From Candidatus Taylorbacteria bacterium RIFCSPHIGHO2_12_FULL_45_16 (GTDB lineage: Bacteria > Patescibacteriota > Minisyncoccia > Phycocordibacterales > PALSA-1337), in contig MHRT01000005.1 of the NCBI GenBank assembly GCA_001821055.1, forward strand, positions 156,378 to 220,377: DNA of 64,000 bases. Reading direction: 5' to 3'. Positions 31,501 to 41,568 of this stretch are shown one piece after another. Below the pieces are notes generated by a model that saw only the letters and a list, made by a program, of their open reading frames with translations, did no database searches and was not told the origin of the DNA. The number at the start of each line of letters is the position of its first letter. Within the stretch, counting starts at the first letter, position 1. The position numbers were made by a program, and so were the translations under genes.

Positions 31501-31534
31501 GAGGTCCGACCTCCAGATCTGGAGGTCGGACCTC
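31501..31534. promoter_or_regulatory. Perfect 34-nt palindrome in the rpoB-rpoC intergenic spacer: 15-bp arms around GATC
   Basis: gaggtccgacctcca-gatc-tggaggtcggacctc. Shares the GGTGAGGTC-S-GACCTCCAGAT motif with 1519-1536. Confidence 0.6.
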
Positions 31535-31538
31535 AAGA

Positions 31539-34500
31539 TTACTCCTCCTCGACCTTCGGCTTACTGGTAAGTTCGACGTTAAGTGCTAACCCTCTCAGTG
31601 TCTTCAGTAACACATTAAACGACGCTGGCAAGTTCGGACTACGTGGACGTTCACCTTTGACAATAGCATCGAAGGTCTGTGAGCGGCCCACGATGTCATC
31701 TGATTTGACTGTAAGAATTTCACGCAAAGTGTGGGCGGCGCCGTGGCCGAGCAATGCCCAAACTTCCATTTCTCCAAAACGCTGACCACCACCCTGAGCC
31801 TTACCTCCGAGTGGCTGTTGAGTGATAAGTGAGTAAGGACCGATAGAGCGCATGTGGATTTTATCTTCAACCATGTGATGAAGTTTCAGAACATACATGT
31901 ATCCGACCGCTATTGGCTGACTGAAATGATCACCGGTTCGACCATCGCGAAGTCTCATTTTACCTGAAGCATCATATCCAGCTTTGACAAGCTCTTCTTT
32001 TATTTCAGTCTCGGTGGCGCCAACAAATGGCGGGACAATAGCTTGATAACCTAGAGCGTTGGCAGCCAGACCCAGATGCAATTCCAGAATTTGACCGAGG
32101 TTCATGCGCGAAGGTACGCCGAGCGGAGTCAAGATAACGTCTATCGGGGTTCCATCCTCCATATACGGCATGTCTTCTTCGGGGAGAATTCTGGATATGA
32201 CACCCTTGTTGCCGTGGCGACCAGCCATCTTATCTCCAACTGATATGTTCCGGACTTGAGCGACTTCAATATAAATCTTTTTAATGATGCCAGATTCAAG
32301 TTTGTCGCCTTTTTCTCGTGAAAATATTTTTACCGAAATGACACGTCCCCGTTTGCCGTTTTCCATACGTTTTGAAGTATCTTTGACGTCTCGAGCTTTT
32401 TCTCCGAAAATAGAGCGCAACAGGCGTTCTTCTGGCGTAAGCTGCGTTTCGCCTTTCGGAGAAATTTTGCCGACTAGAATATCTCCGGGACGGACTTCCG
32501 CGCCGATGCGCACGATACCTTCTTCGGTGAGATTTTTGAGCTTGGCTTCACCGACATTCGGGATGTCGCAAGTTGTGACTTCCGGACCGAGTTTGGTGTC
32601 GCGAACATTGACCACGAACTCCTCGATGTGGACCGAGCTCCATTTGCTGTTCTTGACAACCCGTTCCGAAAGAATGATTGCGTCCTCATAGTTGTTACCA
32701 GACCATGACATAAAAGCCACGAGCGCGTTGTGACCTAGAGCGATCTGGCCATTATCTGAAGTGGAAGTATCGGCGAGTATCGCGCCTTTCTTTACTTTGT
32801 CACCGACCGAAACTATTGGACGCTGATGAAATGCTGTAAAACCGTTCGTTCGTGAAAATAATACCAAATTGTACTCATATTTTTTTCCTTTCTTTGACAT
32901 AAACACAATTTTCTTGGCGTCAACGCTGACAATATCACCATCTTCAGGAGCCAGCACGAGGCGTCCAGTATCAAGAATCGCCTTTGCTTCTATGCCCGTA
33001 GCTACAAATGGAGCTTCCGGGACCAAGCACGGAGTCGCTTGCTTCAACATGTTCGATCCCATCAGCGCGCGATTGGCATCATCATGATTCACGAATGGGA
33101 TAAGCGAAGTAGCGATTGAAAAGGCTTGATTTGTAGCCACATCAATATAGTCAACTTCCTTACGGTTTGCCAAAGACGGTTTGCCGTTGATGCGGACTTC
33201 AATTTCATTGAGGATGATGTTGCCCTGACCGTCGAACGGGGTCGCCATGTGAGCAATCCGAAAGTTTTCTTCTTCAAGAGCGTTCATGTAAACTATCTCC
33301 TTGGTGATTTTGCCTTCCTTGACTTTGGCATATGGAGTCTCGATCATCCCAAAATCGTTGATCCGGGCATACATAGCCAGACGGAGGACCAGACCGATGT
33401 TCGGACCTTCTGGAGTATGGATCGGACACAAACGGCCGTAGTGTGAAGGATGAACATCACGGACCTCAAAACCAGCCCGTTCGCGCGAGAGACCGCCTGG
33501 ACCGAGAGCCGTCAACTGACGAAGGTTCTCGATTTCTCCCAAAGCGTTTGTCTGTTCCATAAATTGCGAAAGTTGGTTGGTCGTGAAAAATTCCTTGATT
33601 CTAGCTTGAAGTGGACGTGGATAGATAAATGAGACCGGTAAAATGATGTCTGGCTCGACCGTCGACATTTTGTCTTGAATATTGCGTTTCATTTGAGTTA
33701 GGCCGAGACGAATGCGTTGTTCAAGCAATTCGCCGACATAGCGAACGCGTCGTGAACCGAGGTGATCGATGTCGTCAGGCTTACTGTCCGGGGTATTGGT
33801 CAGAGAAATGATATGTCCGACGGTCGTGGCGATGTCGTCGAGATTTAGCGTCCGGCGTTCAAGCTCTTTTTCATCCATCAATTTGCCGAAACGCTTATTG
33901 AAACGAAAACGACCGACCCGATTGATATCATAACGGTCATCCTTGAGCAGGGTCTGGACAAAACTGCGAGCATTCTCGGCCGTGGCCAGATCGCCGTCAC
34001 GAAGACGCTTGTGAATCTCCATGTAAGCTTCGTCCTTGGTCTTGGCGTGATCCTTGGCCAAAGTCATCTCAATGATTTTGACAGCATCAGGATTTCCCTT
34101 GAATAACTCCTTGATCGCCTCATCAGTCTCCGCTCCAAGGACACGTAGAAGCGAGGAGATTGGAAACTTGCGCTTGCGATCTATCCGGCAGAAAATAGTT
34201 CCATCAGTATCAGTCTCGATTTCCATCCAGACGCCGCGAGCCGGAATGATTTTGGCGCCAAAATAGCTCTTACCTTTAACCTCAGTGCCGGTAAAAAAGA
34301 TTCCAAATGAGCGAGCCAATTGGGGTACAATCACCCTTTCGACGCCGTTGATAATGAAAGTGCCATGGTCAGTCATAAGGGGAATGTCTGCCAGAAACAT
34401 CTCCTGTTCTTTAACCACATTCAAAGACTTGTTCCTCAGAGTCACCTTGACTTTGATCTGACCTTCGTAGTTCAATTTGTTGTTCTTGGCATAGTGCTCA

Positions 34501-34718
34501 TCGAACTTCGGACGCTGAAGTTCCGGCGAACCGATCGACAAATCAAATTTTTTACCAGCATAGTCGGTAATCGGAGAAAATTCATCCAGTAAATTCTTTA
34601 TTCCCTTCTCGACAAGTTGTGTGAAAGACAGAAGCTGTGATTCAACCAAGTGTGGCGTCTCGGTCAGTGGCGCCTGGTAGCGAGAGAAAAATTTCTTCGG
34701 ACGAATTGTTGTGGTCAT
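31539..34718 (-). CDS. rpoB: DNA-directed RNA polymerase subunit beta
   Basis: Rif-region, fork and clamp motifs; 1072-aa ORF. The likely start is MTTTIRPKKFF at 34718; the track ORF begins at 34757. Confidence 0.9.
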   Translation of the reverse strand: MTTTIRPKKFFSRYQAPLTETPHLVESQLLSFTQLVEKGIKNLLDEFSPITDYAGKKFDLSIGSPELQRPKFDEHYAKNNKLNYEGQIKVKVTLRNKSLNVVKEQEMFLADIPLMTDHGTFIINGVERVIVPQLARSFGIFFTGTEVKGKSYFGAKIIPARGVWMEIETDTDGTIFCRIDRKRKFPISSLLRVLGAETDEAIKELFKGNPDAVKIIEMTLAKDHAKTKDEAYMEIHKRLRDGDLATAENARSFVQTLLKDDRYDINRVGRFRFNKRFGKLMDEKELERRTLNLDDIATTVGHIISLTNTPDSKPDDIDHLGSRRVRYVGELLEQRIRLGLTQMKRNIQDKMSTVEPDIILPVSFIYPRPLQARIKEFFTTNQLSQFMEQTNALGEIENLRQLTALGPGGLSRERAGFEVRDVHPSHYGRLCPIHTPEGPNIGLVLRLAMYARINDFGMIETPYAKVKEGKITKEIVYMNALEEENFRIAHMATPFDGQGNIILNEIEVRINGKPSLANRKEVDYIDVATNQAFSIATSLIPFVNHDDANRALMGSNMLKQATPCLVPEAPFVATGIEAKAILDTGRLVLAPEDGDIVSVDAKKIVFMSKKGKKYEYNLVLFSRTNGFTAFHQRPIVSVGDKVKKGAILADTSTSDNGQIALGHNALVAFMSWSGNNYEDAIILSERVVKNSKWSSVHIEEFVVNVRDTKLGPEVTTCDIPNVGEAKLKNLTEEGIVRIGAEVRPGDILVGKISPKGETQLTPEERLLRSIFGEKARDVKDTSKRMENGKRGRVISVKIFSREKGDKLESGIIKKIYIEVAQVRNISVGDKMAGRHGNKGVISRILPEEDMPYMEDGTPIDVILTPLGVPSRMNLGQILELHLGLAANALGYQAIVPPFVGATETEIKEELVKAGYDASGKMRLRDGRTGDHFSQPIAVGYMYVLKLHHMVEDKIHMRSIGPYSLITQQPLGGKAQGGGQRFGEMEVWALLGHGAAHTLREILTVKSDDIVGRSQTFDAIVKGERPRSPNLPASFNVLLKTLRGLALNVELTSKPKVEEE

Positions 34719-34979
34719 GTTATTTGTAATATAATTAAAATAGAGCCAACTAAACACGCAAAAAGTCCGTTTTTAAAAAACGGCTATTGAGTTCACATGC
34801 TTATAGTGATGTGATAGACACTAGGGTAGGACTAATGATGGACCTATCTAATCCTCCGCTAACGGTCCTTCTTCGCCAAGGCTACGAAGGACACAGCAGA
34901 ACACAATCTGCGAAGTTGTGTCTAGCCTAGCAGAGTACCTCCGGACTGTCAATGGTCATTTGGGGAAAACTTTGATTTC

Positions 34980-35819
34980 TTATTTCCTGTGCTTTTTTGC
35001 CATCTTCCACTCCTCCATTTTTGCATGATGACCGCCCAAAAGAACCTTCGGGACCCGATATTTCTTCTTTCTGTATTCGATAATTGCTGGACGGGTGTAA
35101 ACATCTGGACTAGCGATACGTCCTTCTTCTATTGAGGTATTGTCGCCTAAAACTCCAGGAATCCGACGAGTGATGGTATCTATCATAATCATAGCTGGCA
35201 ATTCCCCACCAGTTAGGACGTATGGACCAACAGAAATATCAATCATTGGAAAAGCTTTTTTGACTCTAGCATCGATACCTTCATAACGACCACAAATAAA
35301 GACGATATCCGTGTATTTTTTGAAACTTTCAGCCATAACATTAGTGAATTGCTTCCCTGAAGGGCTGAAAAAGATGATTTTAATTTTTGACACCGTTTTT
35401 TTGGATTTCTTATTTAGATTTTCGGATTTGTTTCGGCCATTTGACTCTACGGACCTCAGGTTCGAAAAAATTTCTGATTTCGTATTTCGAATTTTCCCTG
35501 CCCTTCGAAGCTCCGAACGACTTGTCCTCTGTAGTTTTAGCAAAGTAGAAAGAGAGGAGCGAAGTAGGGCCGCCTCAATCGCTTTTATAACCGGCATTGC
35601 TTCTATAACCATCCCCGGTCCACCACCATACGGCCGATCATCGACTCTGCGTTCGGCGTAAGTTTGTTTGGCGCCTTTTTTGGCTGAAATAGTAAAGTCA
35701 CGTGGATTGTAATATTTTATTGCAATCAGACCCTTCTTCTCCGCCCGTTTCAAAATCGAGGCATTCAAATATGACTCGGTGCTTTCCGGAAACAGGGTTA
35801 TGAGGTGATAAGTAAGCAT
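34980..35819 (-). CDS. trmD: tRNA (guanine37-N1)-methyltransferase TrmD with a ~65-aa basic low-complexity insertion
   Basis: N-terminus HLITLFPESTESYLNASILKRAEKKGL; …RRVDDRPYGGGPGMVIEAMPV… SPOUT/TrmD core. An internal Ser/Lys/Arg-rich insert is unusual. Confidence 0.75.
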   Translation of the reverse strand: MLTYHLITLFPESTESYLNASILKRAEKKGLIAIKYYNPRDFTISAKKGAKQTYAERRVDDRPYGGGPGMVIEAMPVIKAIEAALLRSSLSTLLKLQRTSRSELRRAGKIRNTKSEIFSNLRSVESNGRNKSENLNKKSKKTVSKIKIIFFSPSGKQFTNVMAESFKKYTDIVFICGRYEGIDARVKKAFPMIDISVGPYVLTGGELPAMIMIDTITRRIPGVLGDNTSIEEGRIASPDVYTRPAIIEYRKKKYRVPKVLLGGHHAKMEEWKMAKKHRK

Positions 35820-35890
35820 ATATAAACAAAAAATCGCAGTAACTATACATTACCACGATTTTTTGAATTTGGCTAATTTAATATTACTTA

Positions 35891-36250
35891 TTATTCCAAT
35901 TTTAGATCCGCCATTGCCTCATCTACAGTCTTTGAATTTGGGGTCGAAAGTGGAACTGTCGGCATTGCTTGAGCCATCCTCTCTGGTGACTTTAGGCCAC
36001 CAACTGGTTCATTGATTTTGAGATTGACGCGACTATTATTCTTCATTCCGACAACACGGAGTAATGTTCGAACGGCCTTGGCAGTATTGCCCTGACGACC
36101 GATGATTTTACCCATGTCAGCCGCACCGACTTCGAGAGTGAGGAGTACCCCCATCTCATCGACTGTTCGAGTAGTCTTGACTTGATCCGGATAATCTACA
36201 AGCGCTTTAATAACATAATCGAGGAACTCTTGATCTTTCTGCATGGTCAT
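35891..36250 (-). CDS. KH-domain RNA-binding protein (KhpA/UPF0109-like)
   Basis: …VDEMGVLLTLEVGAADMGKIIGRQGNTAKAVRTLLRVVG… KH fold with GXXG, located between rpsP and trmD. Confidence 0.6.
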   Translation of the reverse strand: MTMQKDQEFLDYVIKALVDYPDQVKTTRTVDEMGVLLTLEVGAADMGKIIGRQGNTAKAVRTLLRVVGMKNNSRVNLKINEPVGGLKSPERMAQAMPTVPLSTPNSKTVDEAMADLKLE

Positions 36251-36383
36251 TAAATTAATTCTTACTTAATCGTACAGTTCGCTGTACTATCTTTATTGTA
36301 ACAGAAATGCCGAATTATGAGCAACTCTCTAGCGATTTGGCAATGGAGTATATTCCACACCGCACAACATCGACAAAATATAA

Positions 36384-36764
36384 TTAAGCAATAACAGGGG
36401 CAGGTTCAGTAGCTTTCGGAGCCTCTGCTGGTGCCGGAGTTGCTTCTGAAGTTTTTGCGGCTTCAACCGAGACCTCTTTCTTTATCGGTGTCTTCTTTGG
36501 CAAAGCATTCAATTTCTTGCCTTCAATAACTTTCTGGCCAACAAGATAATTGTGAAGCGTAAGCGAGAGTTTGGCTCCTTTTGACATCCACTCCTTCACC
36601 GCTTCGACATCAATCTGCTCAACTTTGTTCTTGATCCGGGTATCATACCAGCCCAAATTCTTGAGGTATTTTCCACTCTTCGGACCATTTTTCGAATCAG
36701 TCAAAACTACTCGAAAAGTCGGCTCATGAACTCGGCCAGTACGTTGTAAGCGAATCATTAACAT
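36384..36764 (-). CDS. rpsP: 30S ribosomal protein S16 with an Ala/Pro-rich C-terminal tail
   Basis: MLMIRLQRTGRVHEPTFRVVLTDSKNGPKSGKYLKNLGWYD. The track ORF starts at 36803; internal Met preferred. Confidence 0.8.
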   Translation of the reverse strand: MLMIRLQRTGRVHEPTFRVVLTDSKNGPKSGKYLKNLGWYDTRIKNKVEQIDVEAVKEWMSKGAKLSLTLHNYLVGQKVIEGKKLNALPKKTPIKKEVSVEAAKTSEATPAPAEAPKATEPAPVIA

Positions 36765-36814
36765 GTGAAAAACTATAATAGCAGATGAACGGGTAAGGCG
36801 CAAGAAAGGAAAAA

Positions 36815-38131
36815 TTAATCGCTCAATATCTTCTCAATGGCCATCAATGCAAAGGTGATGTCTTTTTCTTTAGTCCAACGGCCAAATGAAAATCTAATCG
36901 AAGTTCCACTATCGGCGCCAATCGCTTTCAAGACATAAGATTCTTCTTCGTCGCGCAGACATGAGCTTTTAATTGAGCAGGCGATGCCTCTGGCATCTAA
37001 TTGAAACAAGAAAAACTCATTATCAACGCCCGGAATTGAGATATTCAAAATATGTGGCGAATGTTTCGAAATATCATTGTTTTCGCCATTTACCATGATA
37101 TCAGATCGAATTTTCTTCAGACCGGCAATCATTATATTTCTCAATTGTCCAGATTTTGTCGACATTCTTTTCTTCTTTTTTTCTAGTTGGCCTCTTTCTC
37201 TTCGCGCCATTTCCACTGCCTTGGCAAAACCAGCAATGGCTGGAAGGTTCTCTGTTCCCGATCTCATTCCTCCTTCTTGGCCACCACCATAGATGATAGG
37301 TTGGATCGGCGTACCCCGCTTCACAAACAAACATCCGATACCACGAGGCCCGTAAATTTTCGAACCATCCAAAGTCATGAGATCAATCCCAAGCTTTTCG
37401 ATATACAATTCTTCATAAAGAAATGCCTGAGCCGCATCAGTGTGGAAAAGTGGGTATATTGAAACCGATTCAGATTTATCATCTCTATCATTTTTAGGTG
37501 AAATATCTGCAATCGTATTATTACTATTATTTCCTGAAGTAATCTTACCAGCTCGAGCTTGTCTAATAGCTTTAGCAATCTCCTTTATCGGCTGGATCGA
37601 GCCGATCTCATTATTAACTGTCATTATTGAAACCAAGACCGTATTTATTTTGATAGTTTTTTTCAATTCATCTACAGAAATAATTCCAGTAGAATCAACT
37701 TTCAATCGAGTAATCTCACAACCATTTTTCTCCAAAAAGTTCGCTGTTTCAATAATCGAGGAATGTTCAATGTTTGAAATAATGATATGCGGCTTCGAAA
37801 TTCCAGCCATTTTCGCCGCCCGGACGACACCTTCTAGAGCCAATGCATTGGCTTCGGTTCCGCCACTGGTAAAGACAATTTCATCTGAATGGGAATGAAT
37901 GGTATCAGCGATTTTCTTACGCATTTCAAATAAAGCCTTCTTGGCCAAGACTCCTTCCATATATAGAGAAGAAGGATTGGCATACGCCTGCTTAGAGTAC
38001 TTACCCATTTCGCGAATGACTTTTTGGTCTATCGGAGTAAGTGAAGCATAATCAAGATAAATTCGTCTTTTCGATTTGATCATGGATAAAATGTAGCACA
38101 TTTTTGCCAAAAAAGTGTATAATCTCTCCAT
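36815..38131 (-). CDS. Cysteine desulfurase (class V aminotransferase, IscS/NifS-like) with a low-complexity insertion
   Basis: …DYASLTPID… FTSGGTEANALAL … HTDAAQAF … SKIYGPRGIGCLF (PLP-Lys region). An Asn/Ser-rich insertion lies before the PLP site. The start may be the internal MIKSKRR. Confidence 0.75.
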   Translation of the reverse strand: MERLYTFLAKMCYILSMIKSKRRIYLDYASLTPIDQKVIREMGKYSKQAYANPSSLYMEGVLAKKALFEMRKKIADTIHSHSDEIVFTSGGTEANALALEGVVRAAKMAGISKPHIIISNIEHSSIIETANFLEKNGCEITRLKVDSTGIISVDELKKTIKINTVLVSIMTVNNEIGSIQPIKEIAKAIRQARAGKITSGNNSNNTIADISPKNDRDDKSESVSIYPLFHTDAAQAFLYEELYIEKLGIDLMTLDGSKIYGPRGIGCLFVKRGTPIQPIIYGGGQEGGMRSGTENLPAIAGFAKAVEMARRERGQLEKKKKRMSTKSGQLRNIMIAGLKKIRSDIMVNGENNDISKHSPHILNISIPGVDNEFFLFQLDARGIACSIKSSCLRDEEESYVLKAIGADSGTSIRFSFGRWTKEKDITFALMAIEKILSD

Positions 38132-38618
38132 GGCTTATCTCACTTCACTTTTTGACAATCCGCTACTTCTCGGATTCATCATCCTTGCGATCGCCACATT
38201 GATCTTACTCGGTCTGGTTATTTGGATGTATATGAAATTGCGCCGTTTCCTTGTTTCTGTTGATGCTCACAATATTAGTGATTCCCTATCACATGTCTCG
38301 AACAATCTCAGTGAACTCCAAACATTCCGATCTGAAATGGAAAAATATCTGCTCGGCGTCGAAAAGCGTCTCAGGAAAAGTGTTCAATCAGTTCATACAG
38401 TCAGATTCAATCCATTCAAAGGCACTGGTGGTGGTGGCAATCAAAGCTTCGCCACGACCCTCATCAATGAAGAAGGTGATGGTGTCATCATCTCCAGTCT
38501 CTATTCTCGCGATCATGTCAGCATCTTTTCCAAACCAGTAAAAAATCACAACTCTGAATACGAACTGTCCGAAGAAGAACGTGAGTCGTTGAATAAAGCA
38601 AAAGGGGGGTTGAGGTAA
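38115..38618 (+). CDS. Hypothetical membrane protein, possibly DUF4446-like
   Basis: N-terminal TM, then RFNPFKGTGGGGNQSFATTLINEEGDGVIISSLYSRDHVSIFSKPV. The family assignment is from memory only. Confidence 0.35.
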   Translation: MYNLSMAYLTSLFDNPLLLGFIILAIATLILLGLVIWMYMKLRRFLVSVDAHNISDSLSHVSNNLSELQTFRSEMEKYLLGVEKRLRKSVQSVHTVRFNPFKGTGGGGNQSFATTLINEEGDGVIISSLYSRDHVSIFSKPVKNHNSEYELSEEERESLNKAKGGLR

Positions 38619-38628
38619 TACGCAGACA

Positions 38629-40890
38629 TTATTCAGGCCACCCCTCAACCATCAACAAACCCTTGCCATCCTTATTTAAATTTTTTGAGTCAGCAAACCC
38701 AGCATCAGACCAAATCTCCTCAGTCACATACGGCATAAATGGGTGGAGCAATTTGAGAATAGTCTTCAGAGAGTGGAGCAAAAACTGGATACGAGAAACC
38801 GTAGCTACAGAATCATTACCAGAAATGATTGGTTTACTTTCTTCTAGGATCTTATCCGCCAATTCATGCCAAACATAATGATAGAGTTTTTCACCAACTA
38901 GATAAAACTTGTATTCGTCCATTTCTCCTGTAACCTCAGCAGTCAATTCTTCCAAACGCTTCATATGTGCAAGATCAGCCGGAGTCCAAGCCTTGAAAGT
39001 TGGATCATAATTTATCGCTTCGACTTCCAGAATTTCCGGCTTTTCTCCTGCAACCATCTTGACCCTCTCACCTTCTGCCATTCCAATAATGAATCGAGCA
39101 ATATTCCAAATCTTATTTGAGAAATTCTTGTAGCCTTTCACCTTATCTTCGGACGATTTCGAATCATTTCCTGGACCAGTCCCAATAATCAGTGACAATC
39201 GTGTAGCATCAGCACCATATTTCTTTATCATATCCAGCGGATCGATGATGTTATCGAGTGACTTGGACATTTTGCGACCCTTGGTATCACGGACCAATCC
39301 GTGTAGATAAACTGTCTTGAATGGTATATCACCCAAAAGACAGCCAGTCATCAAAACCATCCTAGCAACCCAGAAAAAGAGAATGTCATAACCGGTTTCT
39401 AGAACATTGGTTGGATGAAATGTTTCCAAATCTTTTGTCTTCCCCGGCCAACCGAGTGTAGAAAATGTCCAAAGTCCTGATGAGAACCAAGTATCGAGAG
39501 TGTCTTCATCCTGAGTCCAACCTTCCCCTTTTGGCGCCTCTATTCCAACAAAAATATCTTTCTCCTTGTACCAAACCGGTATCCGATGCCCATACCAAAT
39601 CTGTCGCGAAATACACCAATCACGCAAATTGTCGATCCAATGGAAATACACTCTTTCGAATCTTTCCGGAATTATTTTTATCGCCCCGGACTCGACTGCT
39701 TTTTTCATTATTTCTTTTAGAGTGACTTCATCACCAGATTTTATGCCAGGAATAACTGAATGTGGAATCCTGAATGGTTTGTTAACACCGATGAACCATT
39801 GCAATTTTGGCAGTGGCTCTATAACACCACCAGTCCTTTCTGCTGTGGCAATATTTTGGACAATGTCTTCAGTCTTTTCCAAAAGAGAATTATCCTCCAA
39901 CCATTTAACGATAGTCTCACGTGCTGGACCGACTTTCATCCCAGCAACCAAACCAGTATTTGGTGTCATCTTGGCAAATTCATCGATAACTTGGATCGTT
40001 GGTAGACCATGTCGTGAAGCAATATCGGCGTCAATTCCACTATGAGCAGGCGTCACACCAACCGCTCCAGTCCCGAATTCCGGATCTACAGCCGTATCTG
40101 CAATTACTTTGATATTCAGTTTGGCTCCAGAAAAGTCGACTTCAAATGATTGACCAACGTATTTTTTATATCGAACATCATCCGGATGAACTGCTACAGC
40201 GACATCGCCGACTTTCGTTTCAGGTCGAGTAGTGGCAATAGAAATTGGAAAGTCTTTTGAATATCTGAAAGTATAAAATTTCGCTTTGCGTTCTTCATAA
40301 ACAATCTCATCATCCGATATCGTAGTCTGGCCTTTTGGATCCCAGTTCACTATCCTGTGACCGCGATAGATCAAGCCCAGATCATACATTGTCTTGAAAG
40401 CCGTCCGAACTGCAAGATTTCGTTCCTCATCCAGAGTGAACGCTTCACGCGACCAATCGATCGATGCGCCCATTTTGCGAACTTGACTGACGATCGTATC
40501 ATGACTAGCTTTAGCAAAAGCATCTACTCGTTTCAACAGTTCTTCGCGCCCGAGATCATGACGACGTTTACCTTCTTTCTTTTCAATATCTTTTTCAACC
40601 TTGGATTGAGTGGCAATAGCGGCATGATCAGTGCCGGGCAACCACAGGGTTTTGAAGCCTTGCATTCTTTTGTAACGAATCATGATATCTTCGATCGCCA
40701 GCATCGCCGCATGACCCATATGGAGAGTACCGGTCACATTTGGCGGCGGTAACACTATCGAAAATGGCTCGCCCGCCTGATTTCTAGCTGGCAGTTTGTC
40801 AGGATTAAAAAATCCGCTTTCTTTCCAAAGTCTGTAAATTCGATCCTCAGTCGAGGTAGAATCATATGGTTTGAGAAATTTCTTGTGCAT
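38629..40890 (-). CDS. valS: Valyl-tRNA synthetase, short form without the long C-terminal coiled-coil
   Basis: PPPNVTGTLHMGHA (HIGH region); GRKMSKSLDN (KMSKS); editing domain present. 753 aa. Confidence 0.85.
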   Translation of the reverse strand: MHKKFLKPYDSTSTEDRIYRLWKESGFFNPDKLPARNQAGEPFSIVLPPPNVTGTLHMGHAAMLAIEDIMIRYKRMQGFKTLWLPGTDHAAIATQSKVEKDIEKKEGKRRHDLGREELLKRVDAFAKASHDTIVSQVRKMGASIDWSREAFTLDEERNLAVRTAFKTMYDLGLIYRGHRIVNWDPKGQTTISDDEIVYEERKAKFYTFRYSKDFPISIATTRPETKVGDVAVAVHPDDVRYKKYVGQSFEVDFSGAKLNIKVIADTAVDPEFGTGAVGVTPAHSGIDADIASRHGLPTIQVIDEFAKMTPNTGLVAGMKVGPARETIVKWLEDNSLLEKTEDIVQNIATAERTGGVIEPLPKLQWFIGVNKPFRIPHSVIPGIKSGDEVTLKEIMKKAVESGAIKIIPERFERVYFHWIDNLRDWCISRQIWYGHRIPVWYKEKDIFVGIEAPKGEGWTQDEDTLDTWFSSGLWTFSTLGWPGKTKDLETFHPTNVLETGYDILFFWVARMVLMTGCLLGDIPFKTVYLHGLVRDTKGRKMSKSLDNIIDPLDMIKKYGADATRLSLIIGTGPGNDSKSSEDKVKGYKNFSNKIWNIARFIIGMAEGERVKMVAGEKPEILEVEAINYDPTFKAWTPADLAHMKRLEELTAEVTGEMDEYKFYLVGEKLYHYVWHELADKILEESKPIISGNDSVATVSRIQFLLHSLKTILKLLHPFMPYVTEEIWSDAGFADSKNLNKDGKGLLMVEGWPE

Positions 40891-41014
40891 ATAAATCTAA
40901 ATAAAAATCAAGATTGTAAACATAACTGTAGCAAGAATACTGATAATAAAAAAGAGGCTTGAGCATAGATTGAAATGAGTGGACGAATCCATCATCAATG
41001 AACTCAAGCCTAGA

Positions 41015-41380
41015 TCACGATCGCACCAATCGACCAAAAAGCTCATGAAGGAGCCAGCCTAAAATTGCGCACACCGTAAGAAAACAGGCAATCACAACTG
41101 GTTCCTGAATCACATAAGGTAAGCCAGAAAGAATATCCCTGACTTCCCATTTCAGGAAGAACCACTGCTCCTCAGATGACTGCATATTCATCCTCGCTAT
41201 TCGTGCTGATTCACGATTGGCACTGATTTTTGCGAGAATCAAAGGATCAGTGGCGGTAGTAATCACCTCCTGTGGCGAAACATTCGTCGCCGCAGGCGAA
41301 ACAGAAAGTAGTGCGTAGGTGTTTGACACCCACACAAAGATGGCGATAATTGCCACCAAAAAAATGTAGCGAGTCTTCAT
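41015..41380 (-). CDS. Hypothetical membrane protein
   Basis: Signal/TM N-terminus and a C-terminal TM. No family recognised. Confidence 0.3.
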   Translation of the reverse strand: MKTRYIFLVAIIAIFVWVSNTYALLSVSPAATNVSPQEVITTATDPLILAKISANRESARIARMNMQSSEEQWFFLKWEVRDILSGLPYVIQEPVVIACFLTVCAILGWLLHELFGRLVRS

Positions 41381-41522
41381 CTCTTTCCTTTCAAAGATTC
41401 ATGTATGGGTAATCCACACACATTCCGCATAAATAATACCTGTATTTAAATCATTTTGTCAAGCCTGTTGCTATCCACATTCCTGTGCCGAGGATAGGCC
41501 TTCGAAAGATTATTCCTCCAAC

Positions 41523-41548
41523 AAAAAACACCCTTTCGGGTGTTTTTT
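41523..41548 (-). terminator. Rho-independent terminator downstream of cspA
   Basis: aaaaaacaccctttcgggtgtttttt: GC stem acaccc/gggtgt with a T-run on the minus strand. Confidence 0.6.
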
Positions 41549-41568
41549 GCATGTCAACAGAGGCGTTA

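Noticed and set aside
31458-31536. N-terminal 27 aa of the track's rpoC ORF (MRSDLQIWRSDLTRKPV…).
   Set aside because: It is a translation of the rpoB-rpoC palindrome (RSDLQIWRSDL mirrors itself). The conserved RpoC N-terminus begins at MTTPIKK.
27748-34757. Many 60-140-aa ORFs antisense to or out of frame within rpoB/rpoC (for example 28155-28520, 29585-29941, 32284-32691), and similar ones inside valS, cysS and typA.
   Set aside because: They are fully embedded in strongly supported long genes, have no RBS context, and show no family resemblance. Treated as frame noise.
34767-34783. ccgtttttaaaaaacgg palindrome between trmD and rpoB as a terminator.
   Set aside because: It is AT-only in the centre and lies about 200 nt from the trmD stop. 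It could equally be an rpoB leader feature, so it was not called.
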